64,000 nt of DNA from Octopus sinensis (Eukaryota). Shown in pieces: positions 11,547-23,179 of the stretch. The notes beneath the pieces were generated by a model. It saw nothing but the letters and a program-made list of their open reading frames with translations. It ran no database searches and was not told the DNA's origin. Both the position numbers and the translations under genes were made by a program. Every line of letters begins with the position of its first letter. The first letter of the stretch is position 1. The stretch is from contig NC_042997.1 in the NCBI RefSeq assembly GCF_006345805.1, positions 156,054,001-156,118,000 on the forward strand, given 5' to 3'.

Positions 11547-12767
11547 ATGGAGAAAGCTTTTGATAGGGTCCCCCGATCCCTTATCTGGTGGTCAATGAGG
11601 AAACTAGGGATAGATGAATGGCTGGTGAGGACTGTGCAAGCCATGTACAGAGATGCCGTAAGTAAGGTTAGGGTTGGCAACATGTACACAGAAGAATTCA
11701 AAGTAGAGGTTGGGGTCCACCAGGGTTCAGTACTCAGCCCCCTCCTATTTATCATAGTACTCCAGGCAATTACGGAGGAATTCAAGACAGGCTGTCCCTG
11801 GGAGCTCCTCTACGCTGACGACCTTGCTCTTATTGCTGAGTCACTATCAGAACTGGAGGAGAAGTTCCAGGTGTGGAAGGAGGGTTTAGAATCAAGGGGC
11901 CTTAGAGTCAACCTAGCTAAAACCAAAGTACTAATAAGTAGAAAGGTAGACAATCCACAAATATCTTCAGGAAGATGGCCCTGCTCGATCTGTAGAAAAG
12001 GTGTAGGTAGAAACTCTATAAGATGTACCCAGTGTAAGCTATGGACACATAAGAGGTGCAGCAATGTCAAAGGTAGGCTAACTGGGAAGATAGTTTTTGT
12101 ATGTGGCAGATGCTCGGGAGCATTAACCTCCGAAAATCTGCAGAAAACAACTTCCGTCACTTTCCAGGGGGAAAAACTAGAAGTAGTTGATAGCTTCCGT
12201 TATCTAGGTGACCAAGTCAGTAGTGGGGGTGGGTGCGCTGAAAGTGTAACTGCTAGAATAAGAATAGCCTGGGCAAAGTTTAGGGAGCTCTTACCTCTGC
12301 TGGTGACTAAAGGCCTCTCGCTCAGAGTAAAAGGCAGACTGTATGATGCGTGTGTACGAACAGCCATGCTACATGGCAGCGAAACATGGGCCGTGACTGC
12401 TGAGGACATGCGTAAGCTCGTGAGGAATGAAGCCAGTATGCTCCGATGGATGTGTAATGTCAGTGTACATACTCGACAGAGCGTTAGCACCTTGAGAGAA
12501 ATGTTGTACCTAAGAAGCATCAGTTGTGGTGTGCAAGAGAGACGATTGCGCTGGTATGGTCATGTGGCGAGAATGGATGAAGATAGGTGTGTGAGAAAGT
12601 GCCAATCCCTAGCAGTTGAGGGAACCCGTGGAAGAGGTAGACCCAGGAAAACCTGGGACGAGGTGGTGAAGCACGACCTTCGAACTTTAGGCCTCACTGA
12701 GGAAATGACCAGAGACCGAGACCTTTGGAAATATTCTGTACGTGAGAAGACCAGGCAGGACAAGTGA
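11547..12767 (+). CDS. RTE reverse transcriptase core with inserted C4HC3 (PHD-like) finger (third frame segment)
   Basis: YADD; CSIC-x10-CTQC-x4-H-x2-C-x14-CGRC between motif 6 and FRYLG. Confidence 0.92.
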   Translation: MEKAFDRVPRSLIWWSMRKLGIDEWLVRTVQAMYRDAVSKVRVGNMYTEEFKVEVGVHQGSVLSPLLFIIVLQAITEEFKTGCPWELLYADDLALIAESLSELEEKFQVWKEGLESRGLRVNLAKTKVLISRKVDNPQISSGRWPCSICRKGVGRNSIRCTQCKLWTHKRCSNVKGRLTGKIVFVCGRCSGALTSENLQKTTSVTFQGEKLEVVDSFRYLGDQVSSGGGCAESVTARIRIAWAKFRELLPLLVTKGLSLRVKGRLYDACVRTAMLHGSETWAVTAEDMRKLVRNEASMLRWMCNVSVHTRQSVSTLREMLYLRSISCGVQERRLRWYGHVARMDEDRCVRKCQSLAVEGTRGRGRPRKTWDEVVKHDLRTLGLTEEMTRDRDLWKYSVREKTRQDK

Positions 12768-13593
12768 GCCCAGCCCACTTATGAATGCCTTTCCTCCCTT
12801 GGACACAAAGACCGGTTGAGGCAAGCGAAGTCAATATAGAACCTCATCCGACGACAGACACCCATGCCAACCCCCCATGCTTGCGAAGACATGTGGGGCA
12901 AGTGAAATCGAAATCGAAATCGAAACCGAATTGAACCAGCCAGGATCCCTGGCCTGGTGGTACGTAAAAAGCACTATCCGACTCGTGGCCGTGGCACGTA
13001 AAATACTCCAATGCGACCGTACGACAGGCACCCATGCCACCCCCTTTGCTTGTGAAGACATGTTGGGGCAAGCGAAATCGAAATCGAATTGAACCAGCCA
13101 GGATCCCTGGTCTGGTGGTACGTAAAAAGCACTATCCGACTCGTGGCCGTGGCACGTAAAATACTCCAATGCGACCGTACGACAGGCACCCTTGCCAACC
13201 CCCTTTGCTTGTGAAGACATGTTGGGGCAAGCGAAATCGAAATCGAATTGAACCAGCCAGGATCCCTGGTCTGGTGGTACGTAAAAAGCACTATCCGACT
13301 CGTGGCCGATGCCAGCACCGCCTCGACTGGCTTCCGTGCCGGTGGCACATAAAATACACCAATCTGACCGTGGCCGTTGCCAGCCCCGCCTGGCACCTGT
13401 GCAGGTGGCACGTAAAAAGCACCCACTACACTCACGGAGTGGTTGGCGTTAGGAAGGGCATCCAGCTGTAGAAACATTGCCAAATTAGACTGGAGCCTGG
13501 TGCAGCCTTCTGGCTTCCCAGAACCCCGGTCGAACCGTCCAACCCATGCTAGCATGGAGAACGGACGTTAAACGACGATGATGATGATGATGA

Positions 13594-13677
13594 TATACTC
13601 AAAATAAGCAACAAGAATGACTCCGGTAATTTGGTACGATATTACTGGAGTCATTCTTGTTGCTTATTTTGATTATA
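13594..13677. other. Near-perfect ~35-bp hairpin with 10-nt loop
   Basis: 13600-13630 pairs with 13641-13671 (one G-T pair), extendable by a few bp. Confidence 0.9.
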
Positions 13678-14040
13678 ATCACCCCACAGATATTTATGGA
13701 TAACACCATACAGAATTCTGGTGCATCTAAATTAAGTACCATATTCATTTGAATCTAAATTTTTGCTGAACTTATATATATATATTCTACATCTAGCGAA
13801 CCAGCTGTCATATTTCCTCACTGCTGTCAACTATAAAACATTCATTTACTCTTGGTCTTCAGAACCAAACTGCTACTTCCTGACTGCTATTAACCTCAAA
13901 AACAATCTTTTACTGAATGAACATTTTCTTATTTCTTTACTGTTATCAACCCAAAAGCAATCTTTTACTCTATATCTTTAGAACTACTTTCTTACTGATA
14001 TCAAACTCTTGCACACTTTCTGTTTCATTTTTTTTTCATT

Positions 14041-14108
<68 letters not shown>

Positions 14109-14226
14109 CTCTCTCTCTCTCTCTCTTTTGCTCTATAATTTTCTGTCATACTCTTTCTTTAACATACTCTCTCAATCTTTTTCTCTCACTCTCATTGTCT
14201 CACTCATTAATCTGATACACATGCTC

Positions 14227-14723
14227 TCTCATACATGCACCATTTATTAATAAATCATAATTGTTATATAAATCTTGCTATATTTCCTTTCCATATCTTA
14301 AGATTGTTTCCTTTTTATGTCCACATCCACGTTATCTTTTAATACACATAAACACATATATAAATATACATTCTTATTCATATTTCGTTTTTGGATTTGG
14401 TTTGCAAGATTCTTTATATGATTTCGTGTGTTGAAGCATATTCTGTTGTGTCTGGGGAGAGTAATTTTCTTTTTGTGCCTTATTATGTAACACACTCACC
14501 GGTAAAATATCCACTTTTTTCTTATTTTCATAGTCCTAAAATTTTCGTTGCATCTTGCAACCTTTTCAATAGTTTTGACTCCCAATAGTTTTGAGTCAAA
14601 ACTATTGAAAAGGTTGCAAGATGCAATGAAAATTTTAGGACAATAAAAATAAGAAAAAAGTGGAAATTTTACCGGTGAGTGTGTTACATAAAAAGAAAAT
14701 TACTCTCCCCAGTCACAACAGAA
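14227..14723. repeat. Interspersed repeat with a fold-back partial copy (palindrome arms 14441-14581 and 14593-14723)
   Basis: Arms are reverse complements apart from a ~9-bp deletion; 11-nt spacer. Confidence 0.85.
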
Positions 14724-15134
14724 CATTCTTATTTAAGATACATATTTACATCTATCCTTATTTAATAGACACAAATATTCTCTTTTAATATCTATAAACA
14801 CATTTCAATTTATTACAAACTGGTGTCCCGTGGGTTATAACAATGAGAGTTCCAGTTGATTCTATCAATGGAACAGCCTGCTTGAAAAATTAGCATGCAA
14901 GTTACCAAGCACTCTACAGGCATGTGTGCCCTTAAGAAGATTCAGTGTAACACAGAATGTGACATAGCTGGCCCTTTGAAATACAGGTACAACTTATTTT
15001 TGCCATTTGAGTGGACTGGAGTAATGTGAAACAAAGTGCCTTGCTCAAGGATTCAATGTACCATCAGAAATTGAATGCCCTGACCATTAAACCACATACC
15101 TATACATTTAGCACAAACATACACAAACATACTT

Positions 15135-15365
15135 ATTTCTTTATTGCCCACAAGAGGTTAAACATAGATGGGACAAACAAGGACAGACAAAGGGATTAAG
15201 TCGATTACATCGACCACAGTGCGTAAGTGGTACTTAATCTATCGACCCTGAAAGGATGAAAGGCAAAGGCGACCTTGGTGGAATTTGAGCTCAGAACGTA
15301 ACGGCAGACGAAATACCGCTGAGCATTTCACCTGGCGTGCTAACAATTCTGCCAGCTCGCCGCCT
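15135..15365 (-). mobile_element. OK-type SINE
   Basis: Reverse complement of the 4972-5200 element. Confidence 0.85.
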
Positions 15366-15414
15366 TCTACACAAACATACTATCACTTAATACATGCAAA
15401 CATATACAGATTTT

Positions 15415-15810
15415 CATTCAAGAAGCTTGCTTCCCAACCACATGGTTTTGAGTTCAGTCCCATTGTGTGGCACCTTGGGCAAGTGTCTTCTACTATAGCC
15501 TTGGGTCAACTAAAGCCTTGTGAGTGGATTTGGTTGACAGAAACTGAAAGAAGCCCATCATATATATCTATATATGTATACACTTATGTGTATGTGTCTT
15601 TGTGTCTATGTTTGTCCTGCCATCATTACTTGATAACCAATTTTGTTATGTTTAGCAGTTCAACAAAAGTGACCAATAAAATAAATACTAGGCTTACAAA
15701 AAATAAGTCCTGGGGTCGATATATTCAATTAAAAAACCCTTTAAGGCAGTGCTCCAGCATGGCTGCAGTTAAATGACTGAAACAAGTAAATGAATAACAG
15801 AGTAAAAGAA
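15415..15810 (+). mobile_element. OR-type SINE
   Basis: AAGAAGCTTGCTTCCCAACCACATGG head to TGACTGAAACAAGTAAA tail. Confidence 0.85.
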
Positions 15811-15938
15811 TGTGTGTATTTCTCCTGGTTTTTCCACCAGAAGAGGGCAATATATGTTCTACTTTCAAAGTCTCTAATACTAGAGTGAGAAAAAGAAACT
15901 GGAGATATGATCTGAATGCTTTCAATGTTGAAGGGAAG

Positions 15939-16255
15939 TGTAGTGCAATGGATGAAGAGGACAACAGAAGAAGAAGCAATGGGAGAAAGAAATACAAAAG
16001 GCCTTACCTCGGCGATGATCAGCGATCTCTCACGAGTTTGACATGTCCTGTCACTTCGTCGTCTATGCTCGAACTGACCCTTCGTCGATGACCACACATG
16101 CGTCCTGCTTGACCTCTTCCGCTTCCTGCTACACATGCACCCTGCAGTCTTCTGCCGGCCCCTGCAAGCCCTACTTCCGCCCACCTCATCTGTCATCCTC
16201 TCCACCAGCACCACATAGCTCATCACATCCTATAACAACGACTGCCAACACCACA
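15939..16255 (-). mobile_element. Solo LTR (317 bp) with 5-bp TSD GGAAG
   Basis: TG...CA termini (TGTAG/CCACA on plus); GGAAG at 15934-15938 and 16256-16260. Confidence 0.85.
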
Positions 16256-16681
16256 GGAAGGAAGTAAGATGGATGAAACCTACCATTCAGAATACACACA
16301 GTCTATCTGATAGACCCTCTGTACAATTTCTGTCCATCCAATAATGAAATTGGACAAACCAAAACTTTGTTGCAATAAGTCTATTACAGAGGAATTTACC
16401 CAAGGTGTCACAGAATGGGATTAAGCCTAGAAGAATATTATTGCAAAATAAACTTCTTAACCACACATGTATCCTCTGCCAATATATATGTACAAATTAA
16501 AAGATTTATAGAAGAAAATGAAATTGTGTGATATTCAGATATTTTTTTTAAAATCATTATGAATGAGAGTTGAAATAAAAGTCTACAACCAGGAATTGAA
16601 CTTGGGTTACAAACTTGCAAACTCATCATCAGGAGGTTACTTAACTTACATCGCACTTGTATTGGTAAATGTGGATATTAA

Positions 16682-17119
16682 TCTATACATATAAAGCTGA
16701 AGTTGTCTGTGTGTGTGGCAGGTTTGGTAGCCTTCAACTAGCACTATCTCCTCCGAGACCCTGCGGCGCAAGTTGACCAAAATTGAAAGTATGATAGAAA
16801 AAGGCTTGCTCTTCATTCCGTAGAAAAAAATTCAAATCGGATCATGTTAAGACCAAGAATTATTAACATCAAAAAGGTACTTTTTTTTCTATGAAAATCC
16901 CTAGTTTTTACGATTTTTTTACTGCTGTGTCGCCATTTTTCGGTATATTTCAACCAGAAAAATGTTCACTTAAAGAGAATAACAAGCTATATAATGCAAA
17001 ATTTTTACTTTTCAAAAAAGATTGAAGCTATGTCAAAACTTTGTTAACGCGACATCAAAGTCTGTCGTTTTAAATGCAACTAAAAAACAAACCTGAGCAA
17101 CGCCGGGTTATACTGCTAG
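16682..17119 (+). mobile_element. Non-autonomous Helitron
   Basis: A|TCTATACATATAAAG start; subterminal hairpin CCTGAGCAACGCCGGG; ends CTAG|T; no TSD. Confidence 0.85.
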
Positions 17120-17379
17120 TATAAAATATTCATGAAAATGTTTCACTATCAGAGACAAACTACCTTGATGTAAAATAGTAATGGAATCTATTTCTTCTGT
17201 TCTCTTAATGAAGCAAGTTGTGTTATGTTCCTTATCTAAGGTCTGAAGTCAATATATTATCAATAATAAGCTTCAGCTTGTACTTATATAAATTACAAAA
17301 ATTGTATGATTTTTGTCTTTCAGTCTTGATTTTCATTTTTGTAATTCTGTTTTTTATGTCCACTTTTCAATGCTTGCAT

Positions 17380-17593
17380 AATGGGTCAGACACATTTTAT
17401 TGAGGCAGATTTTTCCGTGGCAGGATGCCCTTCCTATTACCAACCCTTACCTCTTTCCAAACAAGGTGATATTTCCCTATCGCCTGGCATGTTTTTGCAG
17501 AATACTAGAAATGAAGTACATTCATTTTGCAGCAATCACACAATGTCAGAACAAGGAGACACAAACATATACACCCTCACACACACACACACA

Positions 17594-17671
<78 letters not shown>

Positions 17672-17760
17672 CACAACAGGTTTCTTTTAGTTTCTCTGAG
17701 CCAAATCCATTCATAAGGCTTCGGTCAGCCTAGGGCTCTAGTAGAAGTTAAATTCTGGTT
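17380..17760 (-). mobile_element. Degenerate OR-like SINE with internal (CA)n
   Basis: Similar to 23480-23990; contains GGATGCCCTTCCT and the OR body in reverse. Confidence 0.6.
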
Positions 17761-17986
17761 GCATATCCTCAGGAAAACATTCCCAATATAGATAAGGGAT
17801 GGCCACATCAGATTTAATGTTTAAAAAATAGCATTCAATCTATAACAACAACATGGGAAACATGGAAAACAGGAATACCAAATGGGTTATATAAGATGTA
17901 CGAAGAAAACTAAATGATTATGTAAGCTCTTATAGGATAATGAAATGGTGTGTGTGTGAGTATATATATATATATATATATACATA

Positions 17987-18036
<50 letters not shown>

Positions 18037-18074
18037 TACATATATATCTATACATGTATATATATACTTTTATT

Positions 18075-18299
18075 CTTTAATTCTTTTACTTGTTTCAGTC
18101 ATTTGACTGTGGCCATGCTGGAGCACCACCTTTAGCCGAACAAATCGACCCCAGGACTTATTCTTTGTAAGCCTAGTACTTATTCTATCAGTTTCTTTTT
18201 GCCAAACTGCTAAGTGATATGGATGTAAACACATCAACATCGGTTGTCAAGTGGTGATATGGGAACAAACACAGACACAAATAACAAATACATACATAT

Positions 18300-18342
<43 letters not shown>

Positions 18343-18500
18343 CGATGGGCTTCTTTCAGTTTCCATCTACCAAATATACTCACAAAGTCTTTGGTTAGCC
18401 TGAGGCTATAGTAGAAGACACTTGTCCAAGGTGCCATGTAGTGGGACTGAACGTGGAACCATGTGGTAGGGAAGTAAGCTTCTTACCACACAGTCACTCA
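18075..18500 (-). mobile_element. OR-type SINE
   Basis: Reverse complement of the 15415-15810 type. Confidence 0.85.
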
Positions 18501-18524
18501 TGTGCCTATATATATATATATACA

Positions 18525-18960
18525 CATGCCAGCGCCGCCCCGACTGGCCTCGTGCCGGTGGCACGTAAAAAGCACCATCCGTCCGTGGCCATTTGCCAGC
18601 TCCGTCTGGCACCTGTGCGGGTGGCACGTAAAAAGCACCCACTATACTCACAGAGTGGTTGGCGTTAGGAAGGGCATCCAGCCGTAGAAACACTACCAGA
18701 TCAGACTGGGCCTGATGCAGCCTTCTGGCTTCACAGACCCCAGTTGAACCGTCCAACCCATGCTAGCATGGAAAGCAGACGCTAAATGATGATGATGATG
18801 ATGATGATGATATATATAGCACCCATTACATTCTTGTGGTTGGTGTTAGGAAGGGCATCCAGCTGTAGAAACCATGCCAAATCAGTTCCAATCAAATCAT
18901 CTAACCTGTGCCAGCATGGAAAGTGTAAGTTAAACAATGATGATGATGATGATGATGTTA
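18525..18960 (+). mobile_element. Two tandem RTE 3' tail fragments
   Basis: Two GGAAGGGCATCCAGC..(GAT)n units. Confidence 0.8.
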
Positions 18961-20402
18961 TATATACATACAGGTAAGTGGACAAATAAAGGAAAGTGGC
19001 ACTCAACATATTTTATAAGAGTTACATATATTATTATTTAAAACAGTTTGGTTTTTTGGCTCCATGTCACTTTAAATCAAAACTGTAAGTTGCATGGAAC
19101 CAAATCAAACTGTTTTAAATAATAATAAAATATAACTGGAAGATCAACTAATCTATGTAAAAATATAAATGAAAGATCAACAGAACTATGTAAAATAAAA
19201 CAAGAAAACATAATGGTCTATGCAAGATACAACTGGAAGGCCAAATGGTCACTATCATCAGTGTAATGATGAAAATACCATGAATGATTACACCTCAAAA
19301 CAGCCCATCAACCAAAATCTAAATAAATGCAGCATTCTTTGAAAATGTGTGTGATGCATTGGAACTATCTGATAACTCCATTCAATTCAAATAGATACGA
19401 CTGGGGTCAGTAAACAACAACAATAGGTTTATACTTTAATCATTCATCACTATGCTTAAAGTGTGCATAGTTTACATTTATTTATGGCTTTATTTTCAAA
19501 TTCATTGTAACTATGTGTTGGGGTTTACTAAAGAGTATTATTTTCTCGAATGATATATTTTCTCTTTATATCTGGCAAGAGGTATCTCAGTGGTATGATA
19601 AGGCAGCAGACATAAGAATAGAATAATAAATCTTATAGCAGAGCATTAAGTGTTGAATTCTTAAATATATCTTCATGAGCCAGAACCAAAGAGCTATAAA
19701 AATAATCTTTGAATCAGGTTTTCACTTGATGTCAGTGTCAGGTAGAATAAAAGATTGTATTTCTTTCACATAATAAAAGATTTTTATCATCTATGGATTT
19801 AAACCCAGAAATTCAATAAATATAGTTTGATAGGTTAATTTTATGTGTTTATTCTTAACAATTTTAGCTTAATTGCAACATAGATACACCATGCTATTCC
19901 TTTACATCTTTTGTTCCCACTGGGACAATGTTGCCATTAGTTATGCTACCTCAGTGTTTGGCTTTAGGTAGCTTATTTCACAAAGTCTTGAACACCTAGT
20001 GTAAAAGCTGTAAGGAAAATAGCTTCATCCAAAGTGACAACTTTTACAGGAGGGAAAGATATAATATAATATTGCATGGCGAGATAAATATCTGCTGAAG
20101 AAGCTATCTCCCACTAAGTCTTCTATTTCTATTAATATAGAAATAGAGTTAGTGGGAGATGTGGAGTCTAGATTATTACATATTTGTGATTATTTGGCAG
20201 GATATAAAGCTGTCTGTATATCAAAGCAAAAGTGAAAAGTAAGGCAACTAATTTCTGAGAATCAAAATGATATTTTTTTTATTGCATCATAGTTTATGAG
20301 ATACATCCATACATACACACACACACATACATATATACACATACACACATGTATGTATGTATGTATGTATGTATGTATGTATGTATGTATGTATGTATGT
20401 AC

Positions 20403-20445
<43 letters not shown>

Positions 20446-21129
20446 TACAAACACATACACACCACACATTATCTTCATGGTTTGTCTGCACTGTTGTTCC
20501 TTGCTCCCTAAATGACGTACGAAAATGTTTAAGATTTAACACAAATAAAATTAGAAATAATTTTGCATTTTTTCATAGTTTATATTCATTATTTGAAGCT
20601 ATTATTAAATAGATTATTCAATGCACTTAAGCTGTCAAAGGTTTTGAAAATTTCCACCACTTTCATTTACCAGCCTTGTCATTAATTTGACAAATTTGTT
20701 TGGAAAATATTAAATAGTTTGTCAAAGTTTTACAGCAATTAAACACACCAAGTTAAACTCAATTTCATGTTAATAAAATTTTAAAATAATCGTGATTGTT
20801 ATAGTTTTCAAAAATTGGCTTCAGTTTTGAAATTACTAAAACAATGAAATTTAAACATGTCTATGAAATATGTATGGGTTAAAGTAAAGTTTATTGTCAA
20901 ATGATTTATAAAAGTTGCATGCCACAAAAAATTCTTTTTTTTTTGTTTTCATTCATAATCTGATTGTATTATATGTTGCTACAGTTGGTGTTGTTATTTA
21001 GCTCCAGATAAGCTCTGACTGAGCAGACCCACAATCAAAGGCATCCTAGTCATGACTATCCAATCATTTTAGACATAATTTATTTTGGAATATCTTATTA
21101 AATTTAGTGCAGCCACCATGTAAAAATCA

Positions 21130-21357
21130 ACATATTGATGCCATGTAAAAAAGGAACCTGTGCCCATTCCACATGAGAAGCACCTGTGCTGGTGCCATAT
21201 AAAAAGCACCCAGCACACTTTGTAAAGTGGTTGGCATTAGGATGGGCATCCAGCTGTAGAAACCAAGCCAAACCAGACTGGAACCTTGTGCACTTCTCCA
21301 ACTTGCCAACTCTGGCCAAACTGTTCAACCCATGCCAGCCGGGAAAACAGATGTTAA

Positions 21358-21397
<40 letters not shown>
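21130..21397 (+). mobile_element. RTE 3' tail fragment
   Basis: Tail motif followed by (GAT)n. Confidence 0.8.
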
Positions 21398-22680
21398 GTT
21401 CTTTTAAAAATAAAAATGATATGGTGTAAGATTTGGCTACTGTTTCTAGTAGTTATGTAGGTGTTTCTTGATTGCCTCTTGTATTATATATGTATTGTAT
21501 ATTGTTGTTGGTTAGCCATAATACTAGCTTGAGTGAGTAGTCCTATAATCAGCAGTGATATTTTTCTTTTTTTTAGTTTGTATTCTTCTTTATTTAAGAC
21601 AATACAGTGAGTAATTTGAGGGAGATTTGGCTGCTATTTCTAGTAGGGTGAATAATCATGTAAAAGTGCCCTCATTAACTAGTATAGCATAGGTATTTCT
21701 TCATGATAGCTGCTTACTTTTACATTACAGAAACTGTGTGTGTCAGATCTGCAATTTACAAGCAACAATTATTTGACATTAGTTGGTTGTTTAGACACTT
21801 GGCAGTTATTTTTGTGAACATTGGCTAGTATAGTTCATTAATAACGTATTGGATCAGTCTTACAGTTTGTGTTAAAACTCATAAAAGACCTAAAAATCCA
21901 ACAGTCAAGATTTGCATCTCCTGACTAACAACAAGAACTAGTGATTGCTAATAACTATAGCAACTAATGAATGCAAATGAAAAAATAAAATAAAATATAT
22001 AAAATTTGTTTTGATCTTGAATTGATTTTTACACTACTTGCGGTTGTTATGAAGATAAAAAAAAAAGTTATAAATTGAAACTCTTTAAATTGAAGTGGAA
22101 TTTCAGAATAAAATAGAACTAAATGAAGTTAGCTTCCACTAAACTTTAGATGATTGCTCTAATATGTGTGTTTCTTTCAATTGTTATTTGTATCTTAAGT
22201 TTAAAATACAGTATTAAAAGAAAGTAGCTGTAATATTAAACCTTCATACTCTCGGCTTTAAATGTTGTTGAATTATTAAAACTTCCTTTTGTATTGTCAA
22301 AGAGTTTTGAGGTTGGTTGGTTTCCTACAGTAACTAGGAATTTATGTATTTAGAAGAGAAAAACAAAATATTTTCAAACCAGTAAGGAGGAAGCCAAAAT
22401 ATTTCTCTTCATTATCATAGACACTTAAAGACAATGTAATTTATTTTGATGTCAGCACATTATAATGAAAAGGCATTAAGTTTTCTAATGATTTTTCAGG
22501 GCATTTTTAATTATGAAAGACTTCAAATAATTACTCATTCTGTGTATTTTTCAATTTAAGCTCCTTAAAAGAATATTTTTAAAAAATCAAGTAGAAAAAT
22601 TTTCTTTTGTTTTCCAATATTTCTTTTTAATTTGTCTTCTTATAAAATATGTATTAAAAAATTTTAATATATTTTTTTAG

Positions 22681-22763
22681 GAAAGACTGGCTAGTATTAG
22701 CTCAGCTTTCTACAAGAATAAAGAATGAGGATTACTCATTGTTTTTCCAAAAATATTAACTAG
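22681..22763 (+). CDS. Speculative host exon (KDWLVLAQLSTRIKNEDYSLFFQK...)
   Basis: TTTTTTTAG acceptor and AG|GTTAGT donor, but a stop in the best frame just before the donor. Confidence 0.2.
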
Positions 22764-22904
22764 GTTAGTTGTTTTCGTCTCAATTCAATCTCCAATGTAC
22801 AACAGAGTGCTATTGAAATTATAAACTTTAGCACCTTAACATTTAGGAAACCATTTTTAATGGATTATATCTTTTATATATGTATGTGTATACATGTATA
22901 TATC

Positions 22905-23130
22905 TGTCTCTTTATTACCCACAAGAGGCTAAACACAGAGGGGATAAACAAGGACAGACATAGGTATTAAGTCAATTACATCGACCCCAGTGCATAACTG
23001 GTACTTAATTCATCGACCCCGAAAGGATGAAAGGCAAAGTCGACCTTGGCAGAATTTGAACTCAGAACGTAACAGCAGACGAAATACCGCTGTGCATTTC
23101 GCCCGGTGTGCTAACCTTTCTGCCAGCTGG
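22905..23130 (-). mobile_element. OK-type SINE
   Basis: Reverse complement of the OK body. Confidence 0.85.
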
Positions 23131-23179
23131 CCATGTATATATCATGTATTCTAACATGTATATATCTGCCATGTATATA

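Larger units (their letters stand above)
9630..13594 (+). mobile_element. Near full-length RTE-clade LINE (APE-RT single ORF, repeat-rich 3' UTR, (GAT)n tail)
   Basis: APE motifs TLNVGT, QEIRW, GDFN, IDYIL, HRLV; RT motifs FVDMEKAFD, QGSVLSPLLF, YADD, FRYLG; C-terminal RGRGRPRKTW. Confidence 0.97.

Noticed and set aside
9701-12778. Antisense and alternative-frame ORFs over the LINEs (also 55160-57802)
   Set aside because: Shadow ORFs of the RTE coding sequence
15741-16267. 161-aa and other ORFs as host exons
   Set aside because: Overlap a TSD-bounded solo LTR; no recognisable protein
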